DNA of 55,604 bases, taken from the NCBI GenBank assembly GCA_003152165.1, contig PLZO01000029.1, forward strand, positions 1 to 55,604. The letters are read 5' to 3'. This document shows positions 9,169 through 18,527 of this stretch, in pieces. The notes beneath the pieces were generated by a model. The model was not told the origin of the DNA. It did not search any database and worked only from the letters and a program-made list of their open reading frames with translations. This DNA comes from Chloroflexota bacterium. GTDB taxonomy: Bacteria > Chloroflexota > Limnocylindria > Limnocylindrales > CSP1-4. The position numbers and the translations under genes were made by a program. Positions within the stretch are counted from its first letter, which is position 1; the number at the start of each line of letters is the position of its first letter.

Positions 9169-9824
9169 CGAACGTGGGGACCAAGGTTGGCTCGTTCGTT
9201 CCGGTTCGAGTCGGGATCGCCGAATCCGCCGGCCCCGAGGCGGCCCTCGTCGCCGCGCTCCTGGCGGTCGGCGGGCTGAGCTCCGCCGCCGCGGACGCGC
9301 TCGATGGTCGCGGACTTCGGCTGGCTGTCCCGGCCAGCGTGATCCCACCGCTCGGCGACGGGCACGCGGTTGTCGGGCGTGCCCTGACCCTGCGCTACCT
9401 GCCCGCCCGTGCCGAGGTGGGCGCGCGGGAGCCACTCGGCCGCCTGGCTCACCGGACTGTATTCGACCTGGCCGAGGCGGGCGATGTCCTCGTCATCTCG
9501 GCGCCCGCCTCGATCGATGCCTCAGTGATGGGTGGTGAGGCGCTGGCCGCCGCCCGCCAGACCGGGATCGCCGCCGTCGTCGTGGACGGCGCCGTGCGCG
9601 ATATCGACGAGCTGCTCGCGGTCGGCGTCCCGGTCTGGACGCGTCGCCGGACGCTCCTGACGGGTCGTGGCCGGATCGACGCCGCGGAGATCAACGGCCC
9701 GATCGAGATCGCCGGTGTTCAGGTCGTGCCGGGCGATATCGTTGTCGCCGACGCCAGCGGGATCGCGTTCGTTCCGGCGGACCTGTTCGCGGAGGTCGCC
9801 CGCCAGATCCTCGGGCATGACTGA
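9165..9824 (+). CDS. RraA-family protein (RraA / HMG-CHA aldolase / oxaloacetate decarboxylase fold)
   Basis: The GTG at 9165 overlaps the previous stop (GTGA). GDVLVISAP...VMGGEALAAARQTGIAAVVVDGAVRDIDEL...VPVW...VVPGDIVVADASGIAFVP. Confidence 0.8.
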   Translation: MTNVGTKVGSFVPVRVGIAESAGPEAALVAALLAVGGLSSAAADALDGRGLRLAVPASVIPPLGDGHAVVGRALTLRYLPARAEVGAREPLGRLAHRTVFDLAEAGDVLVISAPASIDASVMGGEALAAARQTGIAAVVVDGAVRDIDELLAVGVPVWTRRRTLLTGRGRIDAAEINGPIEIAGVQVVPGDIVVADASGIAFVPADLFAEVARQILGHD

Positions 9825-10608
9825 CGGGCCCGTCGCGGACGGCCACAAGCAGGCCGTCGCGGAGCGGTTCGGGCGGGCCTCGCACGACTACCTCCGCAGC
9901 TCGACCCACGCGGCCGGGGCGGACCTCGAGATTCTCACCGAGCTGCTCGACCCGGACTCGTCGATGACGGTCCTCGATGTGGCGACCGGGGCGGGTCACA
10001 CCGCTGTCCGGATCGCGCCTCAGGTCGCTGGCGTGGTCGCCGTCGATCTCGCCGCCGACATGATCGAGCGGACGCGGGAGCTCGCCCGCGAGCGTGGCGT
10101 CACGAACCTCACCGCGCGGGTCATGGATGTCGAACACCTCGAGTTCGCGGACGGCCAGTTCGATGCCGTGACCTGCCGGATCGCGCCGCACCACTTCACC
10201 GACATCGCGCGGGCCCTGGGCGAGATCCACCGGGTCATCCGCCCCGGCGGCCGGTTCGTCGTCGAGGACAGCTGCGTACCCGTCGACCCGTCGCTCGACG
10301 CCTATCTCAACGACGTCGAACGGCGCCGCGACCCTACCCACGTGCGCTCGTTCAACGAGACGGAATGGCGAGCCATGCTCGAGCCTGCCGGTTTCACGAT
10401 CGCCGCCGTGACCCAGGTCCGCAAGCTCCACGTCATCGAGGACTGGCTGATGACCGCCGGTCTGCCCGCCGTCGAAGCGGGCCCGATCTACGCGGCCTTC
10501 GCAGCCGCCCCGCCGCAGGCGATCGCCCATTTCGAGATCGTCTTCGTCGACGGCGTCCCGGTGAGCTATGTCGACGACAAGATCCTGATCCGCGCCGACC
10601 GCAGATGA
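9817..10608 (+). CDS. Class I SAM-dependent methyltransferase
   Basis: The ATG at 9817 overlaps the upstream gene end. Motif I is VLDVATGAGHTA; also FDAVTCRIAPHHF and GGRFVVED. Confidence 0.85.
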   Translation: MTDGPVADGHKQAVAERFGRASHDYLRSSTHAAGADLEILTELLDPDSSMTVLDVATGAGHTAVRIAPQVAGVVAVDLAADMIERTRELARERGVTNLTARVMDVEHLEFADGQFDAVTCRIAPHHFTDIARALGEIHRVIRPGGRFVVEDSCVPVDPSLDAYLNDVERRRDPTHVRSFNETEWRAMLEPAGFTIAAVTQVRKLHVIEDWLMTAGLPAVEAGPIYAAFAAAPPQAIAHFEIVFVDGVPVSYVDDKILIRADRR

Positions 10609-11363
10609 CGCCCCCGGTCGAGGTCGCGGTCGAACCGACCGGGGTCGGGAGCAGGACCGGAGTCTCGATCGTCACGGCCGTTCCGACGACCGAGCCCGCC
10701 ACCCTCGACGCCCTGTTCGTGGCACTCGAGACCGCCCTGGCCGGCGCCGGTCTCCAGCCGGCGGACGTGGTCCGTAACCGGCTCCTGGCCTCCTCCCAGC
10801 CGGTGCGCGACACGGCCAGCGCCCTCCGCTTCCGGCGGTTGGCCGGCCCGGCCCGCTGCGCGACGTCGAGCTACATCGACGAAAGCCGCCACGCCGGCGG
10901 CGACGGCGTGCGGCTCGACACGGTCGCCCTACGCGGCACGGCCGCGACGAAGCTGGCGATCGAACACGACCCAGTGCAGCCGTCCTGCCAGCTGGTCGCC
11001 ACCGGCGATCTTGCCTTCCTGTCTGGTCTGACCTCGACCGCCCCGGAGCTGCACGTCCAGATCCAGCAGATCCGCGTGCGGTTGGCGGAAACCCTGGCGC
11101 TCGCCGGGATGCGGCTCGGCCGCGCCGTCCGGCCGATCGCCGCCACCATCTACATCCATCGGAGCGTCGGCCTCGACGAGCTCGCCGACCTGGCGGAGAT
11201 GATCGGCATCGTGGGCGTCCCACTGGCCGTGGGGCATTGCGACGGGTTCTCGAAGCCCGACAAGCTGCTCGAGCTGGAGATTGACGCCGAGGTGTTCGGC
11301 GAGCCGAACGTCGTGGAGCCCGCGGAACCGCCCTCCGGGCTAGAGTCGGCACTACGTCGCTAA
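10605..11363 (+). CDS. Hypothetical protein, possibly a tandem RidA/YjgF-like fold
   Basis: The ATG at 10605 overlaps the previous stop (ATGA). Two halves each resemble YjgF-type segments (LETALAGAGLQPADVV ; GDLAFLSGL...LAETLALAGMRLGRAV...IYI). The assignment is weak. Confidence 0.55.
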   Translation: MTPPVEVAVEPTGVGSRTGVSIVTAVPTTEPATLDALFVALETALAGAGLQPADVVRNRLLASSQPVRDTASALRFRRLAGPARCATSSYIDESRHAGGDGVRLDTVALRGTAATKLAIEHDPVQPSCQLVATGDLAFLSGLTSTAPELHVQIQQIRVRLAETLALAGMRLGRAVRPIAATIYIHRSVGLDELADLAEMIGIVGVPLAVGHCDGFSKPDKLLELEIDAEVFGEPNVVEPAEPPSGLESALRR

Positions 11364-11398
11364 CGCCCGCACCACCGCCAGGATCCGGAGGTCGCACC

Positions 11399-11878
11399 GT
11401 GCCCACCGCCGAGGAACGCCTCGCCGCCCTCGGCATCATCCTGTCCGAACCGGTTCCGGGCCGGCCGAGCGTCGTTCCGGTCGCGCGCTACGGCGACCTC
11501 GCCTTCGTCTCCAGCCGGGGACCGACGGTCGACGACGACGGCCGCCGGTACACGGGTAGGGTCGGCTTGGATCGCAGCTCGGAAGAGGCCTATCGGGCGG
11601 CCCGGCTGACCGGGCTGAACCTCCTGGCGATCCTGCGCGCCGAGCTCGGGTCGCTCGACCGGGTGACCCGCTGTCTGAAGGTGACCGGCCTGGTGAATGG
11701 GGCCCCGGGGTTCACAGCGACGGCCGCCGTCCTCGATGGCTGCTCGGATCTCCTGGTCGAGGTCTTCGGGCCCGAGATCGGCCGCCACGCCCGGACCGCC
11801 CCGGGCGTGGCGGAGCTGCCGAACGACTACCCGGTCGCCTTCGACCTGGTGGTCGCCGTCAACGCCGATCGGCGCTAG
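11399..11878 (+). CDS. RidA-family protein
   Basis: 159 aa. GDLAFVSSRGP ... EAYRAARLTGLNLLAILRAELGSLDRV ... GRHARTAPGVAELP. GTG start 8 nt after GGAGG. Confidence 0.8.
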   Translation: MPTAEERLAALGIILSEPVPGRPSVVPVARYGDLAFVSSRGPTVDDDGRRYTGRVGLDRSSEEAYRAARLTGLNLLAILRAELGSLDRVTRCLKVTGLVNGAPGFTATAAVLDGCSDLLVEVFGPEIGRHARTAPGVAELPNDYPVAFDLVVAVNADRR

Positions 11879-11891
11879 GGGACCGCCAGGC

Positions 11892-12194
11892 ATGCCGGAC
11901 CGGCCGACCCTCGAACACCGCCAAGTGACCGCCCTCGAGCTGGGTGGCCGGCCGGTCGAGATCACCTCGGCCCAGCTCGTCTATACTCAGTACTGGAACG
12001 GCGAGCAGCCGGCACAGCGTGAGTGGGAGGTCCTCGGCCGGACCCACGAGGACGACCTGACGGAAGGCGTCGAGGCGATCGTCGTCACAGTCGACGGAAA
12101 GCGGCTCAAGGGCCGGGTAGTCATAATGAGCTCGCGATCGTACGGGCTATCCGTCTTCCAGGCGGTCGGTCTCGACGAGCTGGCCGATGCCTGA
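11892..12194 (+). CDS. Hypothetical protein (100 aa)
   Basis: In-frame ATG at 11892, 13 nt after the RidA stop. Codon bias looks coding. No family recognised. Confidence 0.45.
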   Translation: MPDRPTLEHRQVTALELGGRPVEITSAQLVYTQYWNGEQPAQREWEVLGRTHEDDLTEGVEAIVVTVDGKRLKGRVVIMSSRSYGLSVFQAVGLDELADA

Positions 12195-12206
12195 GATCGC
12201 TCCCCG

Positions 12207-12610
12207 ATGAGCGGGCAACCTAGCGGGTCCGGCAACGGGACCGCTGGCGGCTTGGTGCGTTCGTTCTCGCGCGACCCGTCGGTCCGGTCGCGGGACCTGT
12301 CGCCGGGCATCTGGCGGCCGATCGGCGGGGCGGCCGCACCCGACCGCCGGATGCTCCTGATCTTCCTCGCCCTGATCGTCGCCGATGCCCCGGTGCGTGC
12401 AGCAAATCCGCTCATCTAGCGGGCGATCATCGACGATGGGATCCTCGGTCGGAAGGGCGGGCCCGTCGCCCAGCTCCCGATCGGGCTGGCCGGCCTCGCC
12501 CTTCTGGATGACGGGCTGTCACTGGTCTACCGCTGGATCTGGGCCCGATCGGCGAGGGACTGATCTTCGACCTAAACCAAGGACCCAGGTCTGCGGCCAT
12601 GTCCAGCGGA
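12207..12610 (+). pseudogene. Remnant of the N-terminus of an ABC exporter (fused TMD-NBD type)
   Basis: Pieces in three frames: LSPGIWRPIGGAAAPDRRMLLIFLALIVADA ; RAIIDDGILGRKGGPVAQLPIGLAGLALLDDGLSLVYRW ; GPIGEGLIFDL. It is cut off by the 3' end of the permease gene. Confidence 0.55.
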
Positions 12611-13432
12611 CTAGGCGGCCGCCCAGCGCGTCCATCTCGCGTCGAGCAGGCGCATAAGGACGTCGAGCACCAGGGCGAGGGCGACCACCACGAGAATGAC
12701 GGCGAAGACCTTGACGGCCGCGAACTCTCCGCCGAACGTCTCGATCAACCCGCCCAGGCCGTAGATGGCGATGAACTGTTCGCCGTTGATCATGCCCTTC
12801 ACGGCCCGGCTCAGGCCGACCCGAATGGTCGCCAGTACAAGCGGCAGTGCCATGGGTACAACGACATACCGAGTGCGTTGCCAGCGACTTGCCTGGAAGG
12901 ACTCTGCCATCTCCATCAAGGCAGAGTCCCGCTCGAGGAAGGCGGTGTGGAAGTTAAGGGCCATGTAGAAGAAGCAGTAGACGAAGATCACCGCCAGCCT
13001 AGTGAGGTCGCCAATGCCGAAGACGGCCAGGAAGACCGGTACCAGGGCGATCGACGGCAGCAGGAAGAACGCGTAGATGTAAGGCCCGATCGCCAGGTCG
13101 ACCAGCTCGAACTCAGCCATCAGGAACGCGATGACGAAGCTCGCCAGGAGTGCCGCGGCGAAGCCGATGGCAAGCGCCTGGACGCTGTCCGCGAGCTGGG
13201 CGAGGATGAGCCCCTGGTTGATGAGGTCGATAAGCGCCCCAACGCACGCGCTGAAGGGCGGTAACCAAGACAGGCCCAGGACACGACCGAGGAGCTCCCA
13301 AGCCAGGAGCCCGCCGAGGAGGCTGCCGATCTCAACGAGGGGTCCCGGCGTCGAAGTTACTCTGGACTTGCCGGACGGGTGGCCCATCCGGCCAAGGGCA
13401 GAACGTCTCGCGTTAACCCTTGCAATGCCCAT
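12611..13432 (-). CDS. ABC transporter permease (NitT/TauT-type)
   Basis: I start it at MGIARV (13430-13432), just after the ATPase stop. Multi-TM with the motif EMAESFQASRWQRTRYVVVPMALP. Confidence 0.85.
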   Translation of the reverse strand: MGIARVNARRSALGRMGHPSGKSRVTSTPGPLVEIGSLLGGLLAWELLGRVLGLSWLPPFSACVGALIDLINQGLILAQLADSVQALAIGFAAALLASFVIAFLMAEFELVDLAIGPYIYAFFLLPSIALVPVFLAVFGIGDLTRLAVIFVYCFFYMALNFHTAFLERDSALMEMAESFQASRWQRTRYVVVPMALPLVLATIRVGLSRAVKGMINGEQFIAIYGLGGLIETFGGEFAAVKVFAVILVVVALALVLDVLMRLLDARWTRWAAA

Positions 13433-13433
13433 G

Positions 13434-14222
13434 TCAGGCCACCACGTCGCTCGAATCGACCGCGTCGCGCGTTTGGGTCCGCCTGAGCTGCTCCCATAGG
13501 TGTTCGCGGAGGCGTTGGAACTCCAGGGAGGTGGTGATCGAGCGGTCACGAGGGCGGTCGAACGGGACCTCCAGGTACTCCTGAACCACGCCCGGATGGC
13601 CCGTCAACAGCAAGACACGATCACTCAGCAGCAGCGCCTCCTCCATGCTGTGCGTCACGAAGACGATCGTCTTGTGCGCCTCCTGCGTGATCCGCAGCAA
13701 CTCCTCCTGCATGAGCAGGCGCGTCTGCTCGTCCAGGGCCGCGAAGGGCTCGTCCATTAGCAGGATCGCCGGCTCCACGGCGAGCGCCCGCGCCAGGCCC
13801 ACGCGCTGCTGCATGCCGCCCGAGAGCTGCCGCGGGAAGAAGTTCTCGAAGCCCTGGAGCCCCACCAGCTGGGCCAGCTGGAGTGCCTGCTTGGACCACA
13901 TCGCCTTTGGCACACCCCGCAAACGCAGCCCGAAGCCGATGTTGTCGAGCACCGACATCCACGGCAGCAACGAGAAATGTTGGAAGACGACGGCCCGGTC
14001 GGGACCCGGCCCCGACACCTCCTTGCCCTCCACTTGGATGCTGCCGCCATCGTGGTCGACGAGGCCTGCGAGGATCCGCAGAAGCGTCGTCTTGCCACAT
14101 CCGCTAGGGCCCAGGATTGACACAAATTCGTTGTCCCGGACCTCAAAGCTGACATCGCGCAGCACTGGCACCCCTCCGACCTTGCTGGCGAACGTCTTGT
14201 TCAGCCCGGTGACGGTGATCAT
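13434..14222 (-). CDS. ABC transporter ATP-binding protein (NitT/TauT-type)
   Basis: Walker A GPSGCGKTT, signature LSGGMQQRVGLARA, Walker B ILLMDEPF. Confidence 0.95.
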   Translation of the reverse strand: MITVTGLNKTFASKVGGVPVLRDVSFEVRDNEFVSILGPSGCGKTTLLRILAGLVDHDGGSIQVEGKEVSGPGPDRAVVFQHFSLLPWMSVLDNIGFGLRLRGVPKAMWSKQALQLAQLVGLQGFENFFPRQLSGGMQQRVGLARALAVEPAILLMDEPFAALDEQTRLLMQEELLRITQEAHKTIVFVTHSMEEALLLSDRVLLLTGHPGVVQEYLEVPFDRPRDRSITTSLEFQRLREHLWEQLRRTQTRDAVDSSDVVA

Positions 14223-14235
14223 GCGGTGTGCCTTT

Positions 14236-15039
14236 CTATACCGATGGTGGTTGGAGCCTGCGCTCCAAGCGTCGCATCCCGGAGCTGATCAAGGTTGCCT
14301 CGACGAGCAGGACGACGACGACGGCGAAGACATGGTCGCTCGCATTGGCGGCGCGGTAGGTCAACAACAGGAGTCCGATCCCGGATGACAGCAGCAGCAA
14401 CTCCCCTAAGACCATGCCGGCGAACGCACGGCCAAGCCCGATACGGAGCCCCGTCGCGATCGCAGGCAGGGCGCCCGGGATCAGCACGTAGCGCCAGAGG
14501 TTCAACTCGTTCGCGCCGTACGAGTGGGCCATCTCCACCAGTCGAGGATCCACACTGCGGATCCCTGCGCGCGTGTTGACCACGATGTAGACGACCGTAA
14601 ACACCATCACCAGTAGCACGCCGGCCGAGAGGCCGAACCCGATCATCATCACGATGATCGGAAGAAGGGGTGCAGCCGGCATCACGACAAGCAGCGAGAC
14701 GTAGGGCGCAGCCGCACGATCGATGAACAAGTGCCGGCCCATCACCAGGCCCAGTGGCACCGCAATCACCGCCGAGATGACGAAGCCGATGATCATCGTC
14801 AGATTGGACCGCAGGAGCGGCTCCCAGATGGCACCGCCGACGACGATGTCCACGAACGCGGAGACTGTGGCCGTAAACGTCGGCAATAGGATGTTGTGGG
14901 CGTCGGCCGCTCCGAGCTGCCAGATGATGGCGACAATGGCCAAGAAGGCGAGCGGCGGGGCCACCCTCCAGAGCCCACTCGAGCTCCGGAGGGCCGAGCG
15001 CCGCGTACCCTGCTCTAGGGCGCCTCCACTCTGAGTCAC
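14236..15039 (-). CDS. ABC transporter permease (second TMD)
   Basis: 267 aa, multi-TM, with EMAHSYGANELNLWRYVLIPGALP. GTG start. Confidence 0.85.
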   Translation of the reverse strand: MTQSGGALEQGTRRSALRSSSGLWRVAPPLAFLAIVAIIWQLGAADAHNILLPTFTATVSAFVDIVVGGAIWEPLLRSNLTMIIGFVISAVIAVPLGLVMGRHLFIDRAAAPYVSLLVVMPAAPLLPIIVMMIGFGLSAGVLLVMVFTVVYIVVNTRAGIRSVDPRLVEMAHSYGANELNLWRYVLIPGALPAIATGLRIGLGRAFAGMVLGELLLLSSGIGLLLLTYRAANASDHVFAVVVVLLVEATLISSGMRRLERRLQPPSV

Positions 15040-15054
15040 AGAACCAGGGACCGG

Positions 15055-16107
15055 CTACGGGGTCGAAGCTTGCTGGAGAAATGAGGTGTTATCGACCTGA
15101 GCAGCCGACAGACCAAGCGCGATGCCGCCGTACTTCACGCCGAACTGGATGGTAAAGTTCATCGCGGCATCGGTGAAGGCGAGCGTCGGGTCGTAAATAC
15201 CTTGCTGGTACTCAAGCACGATGGCCGCCTGGGTTGGAGCGTCATACGTGATGTTGTTTTCCTTGGCCGGGGCCGCCATCAGGCTCGGGTTTGCCAGCGC
15301 GTCCTTGTAGCCCTTCATCAGTCCTTTGAGGAAAGCGACGACGACCTCGGGATGGGCCGCCGCGAAGGCGTCGTTGACCACGAAGGTCGTGCTCAGGTAG
15401 CCCTTGAGCGAGGGGTCGGCAGCGAAGTTCACGAGGACGTGGAACTTGCCCGGCGCCTGAGTATTGATATTGACGTCATCGAGGGGTGTTTCCATGGTCG
15501 CATCGAGCTGGCCAGCGACCATGGCCGACGCGCGGACCTCCGACCCGGAGATGTATATGGGCTTTATGGCCGTCTGACTCGCGGCGGAGCAATTGTTCTG
15601 GATCCAATAGTCCGCCAAGGCGGTGGTCACGCCGCCGGGGCTGTTGAGCCCCCAGCGCTTCCCGACCAGGTCGTCGCACTTGGTGAGGGCATTTGTGGCT
15701 ACTACGTCCCAGGCTATCAACGACTCGAGCCCGATCACGTGGATCTTGGCGCCGGCCTGGATGGCCGAGAGGGCCGCCGTGGTCGCGCCATCCACGATGT
15801 CCACGTCGCCCGCGGATAGGGCGCCGAATGCAACCTCGGGGGTAGTGAAGAAGGTCGTCGTGGCATGCCAGCCTACCTTGTTCATCTCATCGAAGGCCAG
15901 GAGAGTAGGCATGTGGCTGGAGTCCGGCGAAGAAGTAAAGCCCAATTTGATCGTCCCCGTGACCGGAGTCGCCGCCGCCGCCGGCGTCGCCGAAGCGCCG
16001 GCGCTCGTGGGCGCTGCGGTCGGGTTGGGGGTGGCCGAGCCACCGCAGGCCGCCACTGCCAGGACGGCCGTGAGACAGAACGCCAGGACGCGATGTTTCC
16101 TGATCAT
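15055..16107 (-). CDS. ABC transporter substrate-binding lipoprotein (NMT1/THI5/TauA-like)
   Basis: I start it at MIRKHRV, 10 nt after AGGAGGA. Lipobox LAVAACGG followed by an Ala/Thr/Pro linker. Confidence 0.85.
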   Translation of the reverse strand: MIRKHRVLAFCLTAVLAVAACGGSATPNPTAAPTSAGASATPAAAATPVTGTIKLGFTSSPDSSHMPTLLAFDEMNKVGWHATTTFFTTPEVAFGALSAGDVDIVDGATTAALSAIQAGAKIHVIGLESLIAWDVVATNALTKCDDLVGKRWGLNSPGGVTTALADYWIQNNCSAASQTAIKPIYISGSEVRASAMVAGQLDATMETPLDDVNINTQAPGKFHVLVNFAADPSLKGYLSTTFVVNDAFAAAHPEVVVAFLKGLMKGYKDALANPSLMAAPAKENNITYDAPTQAAIVLEYQQGIYDPTLAFTDAAMNFTIQFGVKYGGIALGLSAAQVDNTSFLQQASTP

Positions 16108-16139
16108 GATCGCCATTCCTCCTGCATTGGGCAGCACGG

Positions 16140-17564
16140 TCAGGCGACCGGCTTGCCAAACTCACCGGCAACATCACGACGGATCCAGGTCACGGGGTCG
16201 GGAGCGTAATCTCGGTCGTAGTCCCCGGGATAGTTCATGCCCGGGATCGCCGGGACCCAGTCGTAGGCTAGGAGGTCGTCGGGGTTCGCGATGAGCGACG
16301 CGAGGCGACGGACCGCCGGGTCGTCCAGGACGGTGAGCCGTCCGCGGTCGATCAACTTGATCCACTCGCCGGTCTCCCGATCCTTGATCTTGTAGTCCGC
16401 GAAATAGGCGTGCACGTGGGCCATGTGCTTGATCGGGACCTGCTGCTCCTTGCCGAACTTGATGAACTCGGGGTCGTCGTGCTCGGCGCCGAAGCCGAAG
16501 TGGATGACGCCCGCGCGGTAGCGCTCGTTGCCGCCGCCGTACCAGGGGGTGGCCGTGTGCCACAGGGTGTCGACCGCGCGGAACGTCTTCGGGTTGGCGC
16601 CGATTGTGGCGTCGTTGAGGAAGGCGTAGCCGGGTCCGGGATAGGCCGGGTACTGGACGTCCTTGAAGCGCTCGACGATATCCTTGAAGCGCCGGCCGTA
16701 CTCGCCGCCGCCCAATATCGAGGCGACCTTGCCGCCCTTGACCTCGAGCTCCATGCGTGGGAAGAAGCCGGTGTGGTTGACGGTCCCCGCGATCACCCCG
16801 TTGATGGTCGGGTAGTGCTTGGCCGCGATCGGGGCGAACTTGCGCAGGCTGTCGATGCGGTTGCCACCGAAGGCCGGCCGGACCTGGGCGAACCTGACCG
16901 CCTCGATGGTCGTGCCGATGATGTGCCACGGGATCCACGAGCCCTGTCGCCAGAGCTGCGCCTCGTCGACGCTGACATCCCAGCTGAGGTCGGTGCCCTC
17001 CGGGTCCGTGATATGGACGGCCGACGCCCGGGCGAAGAGATCGACGAGCTTGCCCTCGAGCAGACGCTGGATCTGGACCGGGAAGTTCGTGTAGCGCGCG
17101 AGCAGGTCCTCGCGGCGTCGATACATCCAGTTCGCCCGGAACTTGCTGCCGATGGCCATCTTGTAGTGGCCCTCGCCCGCGTCCCCAGCGTAGATCTGGG
17201 TGAATTCCGGGTGGTCCTCGACTAGCTTGAGGAGCGCGTCCTGCTCGACCCGTTCCCCGGCCGAGATGGTCGTCTCGACATGGGCGTCCGATAGCTCGCG
17301 CCAGCCATCGGCGGCGGAGAAGTCGCCGGTCGGCAGGCCGAGGCTCGACCACTTCACGTGGGTCACCTGGCTCGCACCCGCGCGACGCATCGCGTCGGCG
17401 ATCAGCTCGAAGATCGCCTCATCCTGATCCTCGGTCGTCAGGACGACGATGTTGGCGCCGTTGTCGATCGGGCCCAAGACCCCTCGACCGCCGACCCGCT
17501 GGACAGCGGCATCCGCCACCGCCTCGAGCTCGCCCTGGCTGACCGCGCTGTTCGCGTCGCCCAT
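16140..17564 (-). CDS. Conserved-looking protein of unknown function; weak resemblance to the M29 aminopeptidase-T / NicX fold
   Basis: Clear coding bias across the 528-aa track ORF. The start is uncertain (ATG 17564 or 17630). Segments NIVVLTTEDQD..., AVHITDPEGTDLSW and GVIHFGFGAE...HMAHVHAYF loosely parallel NicX/AmpT. It is the first gene of the ABC operon. Confidence 0.6.
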   Translation of the reverse strand: MGDANSAVSQGELEAVADAAVQRVGGRGVLGPIDNGANIVVLTTEDQDEAIFELIADAMRRAGASQVTHVKWSSLGLPTGDFSAADGWRELSDAHVETTISAGERVEQDALLKLVEDHPEFTQIYAGDAGEGHYKMAIGSKFRANWMYRRREDLLARYTNFPVQIQRLLEGKLVDLFARASAVHITDPEGTDLSWDVSVDEAQLWRQGSWIPWHIIGTTIEAVRFAQVRPAFGGNRIDSLRKFAPIAAKHYPTINGVIAGTVNHTGFFPRMELEVKGGKVASILGGGEYGRRFKDIVERFKDVQYPAYPGPGYAFLNDATIGANPKTFRAVDTLWHTATPWYGGGNERYRAGVIHFGFGAEHDDPEFIKFGKEQQVPIKHMAHVHAYFADYKIKDRETGEWIKLIDRGRLTVLDDPAVRRLASLIANPDDLLAYDWVPAIPGMNYPGDYDRDYAPDPVTWIRRDVAGEFGKPVA

Positions 17565-17847
17565 GTACCCGGGGTACCGGGGAGCCGTGTGAGTGGTATC
17601 ACCCTCGAGTCGCACCAGGCCACCTCGCATAGTTCGATGAATTCGCCGAGCGACGGTCTGCGAGCAATATTCTGTGCGCTTCCACGTGCGCAACGGTATG
17701 CCGCGGCATTCTACGGCCCCCGTCACCTTGCGTCAACGCCCCCTATGGTGGGCGTTCGAGCCGCCCCGTCGGTGGCTAAACTGGGCGTGCATACGCGTAC
17801 TGCATGCGGCGCCACGTCCCATCGACGCCCATCCAGAGGAGGTGGTG

Positions 17848-18300
17848 ATGGCAACGAGGCGAACCCGTCGCGAGGACGGCCTGCCCAGCAGCGAGTTCGT
17901 GTATCGCTCCGCTCAAGGAGCAGATCATCTCGCGGGCAATCGCGCCCAACACGCGCCTCGTCGAACTCGGTATGGCGGACGAGTTCGGGGTACACCCGGA
18001 CGCTTGTGCGCGAGGCGCTCAAGCGACTGGCGGCGGAACACCTGGCTGGCCGCCATCCTGGAGTCGACGCAAAAAGCCGTCCAGGCCGACCGCCGGGAAC
18101 GAGATGCTGGAGCGCATCGCACGCGACCTGCGCGAGTTCGTGCGCCCCTTCACGACCCTACCCTTCGCCAGCCCGGAACGCGTCGAGGACGTGCTGCGCG
18201 AGCACATCGCCATCCTCGCCGCGCTCAGGAAGCACGACCCGGAGGTGGCCGAACTGAAACCGGCCGCCACGGCCAGCCGGGGCGGCCAGGGCATCGGCAC
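17848..18300 (+). pseudogene. GntR/FadR-family regulator, multiply frameshifted and internally shortened
   Basis: RBS GGAGG precedes ATG 17848 (MATRRTRREDGLPSSEFVYRS). The next frame reads LKEQIISRAIAPNTRLVELGMADEFGV. The third frame reads RTLVREALKRLAAEHL. It then returns to EMLERIARDLREF...VLREHIAILAALRKHDPEVAE (FCD-like). Confidence 0.7.
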
Positions 18301-18527
18301 AGCCGGGCACGAGGAGGACCTCCGGCCGCTCCTGGAGCCGCCGCAGCGTGGCGACGGGCGGATCGCTGCATACACCATCGTTCGCGCACCGTACCACGCG
18401 CCTGGGTACGTCCGCAGCGGGCCGTGCCGGTCACGCTTGCGGCGTGGCGATGCTACCAGTATGCTATGTGTACCATCGTGTACAGAGGGTCTGGTGGGAC
18501 CCGCCTGAGGATTCGGAGGGACCTCGC

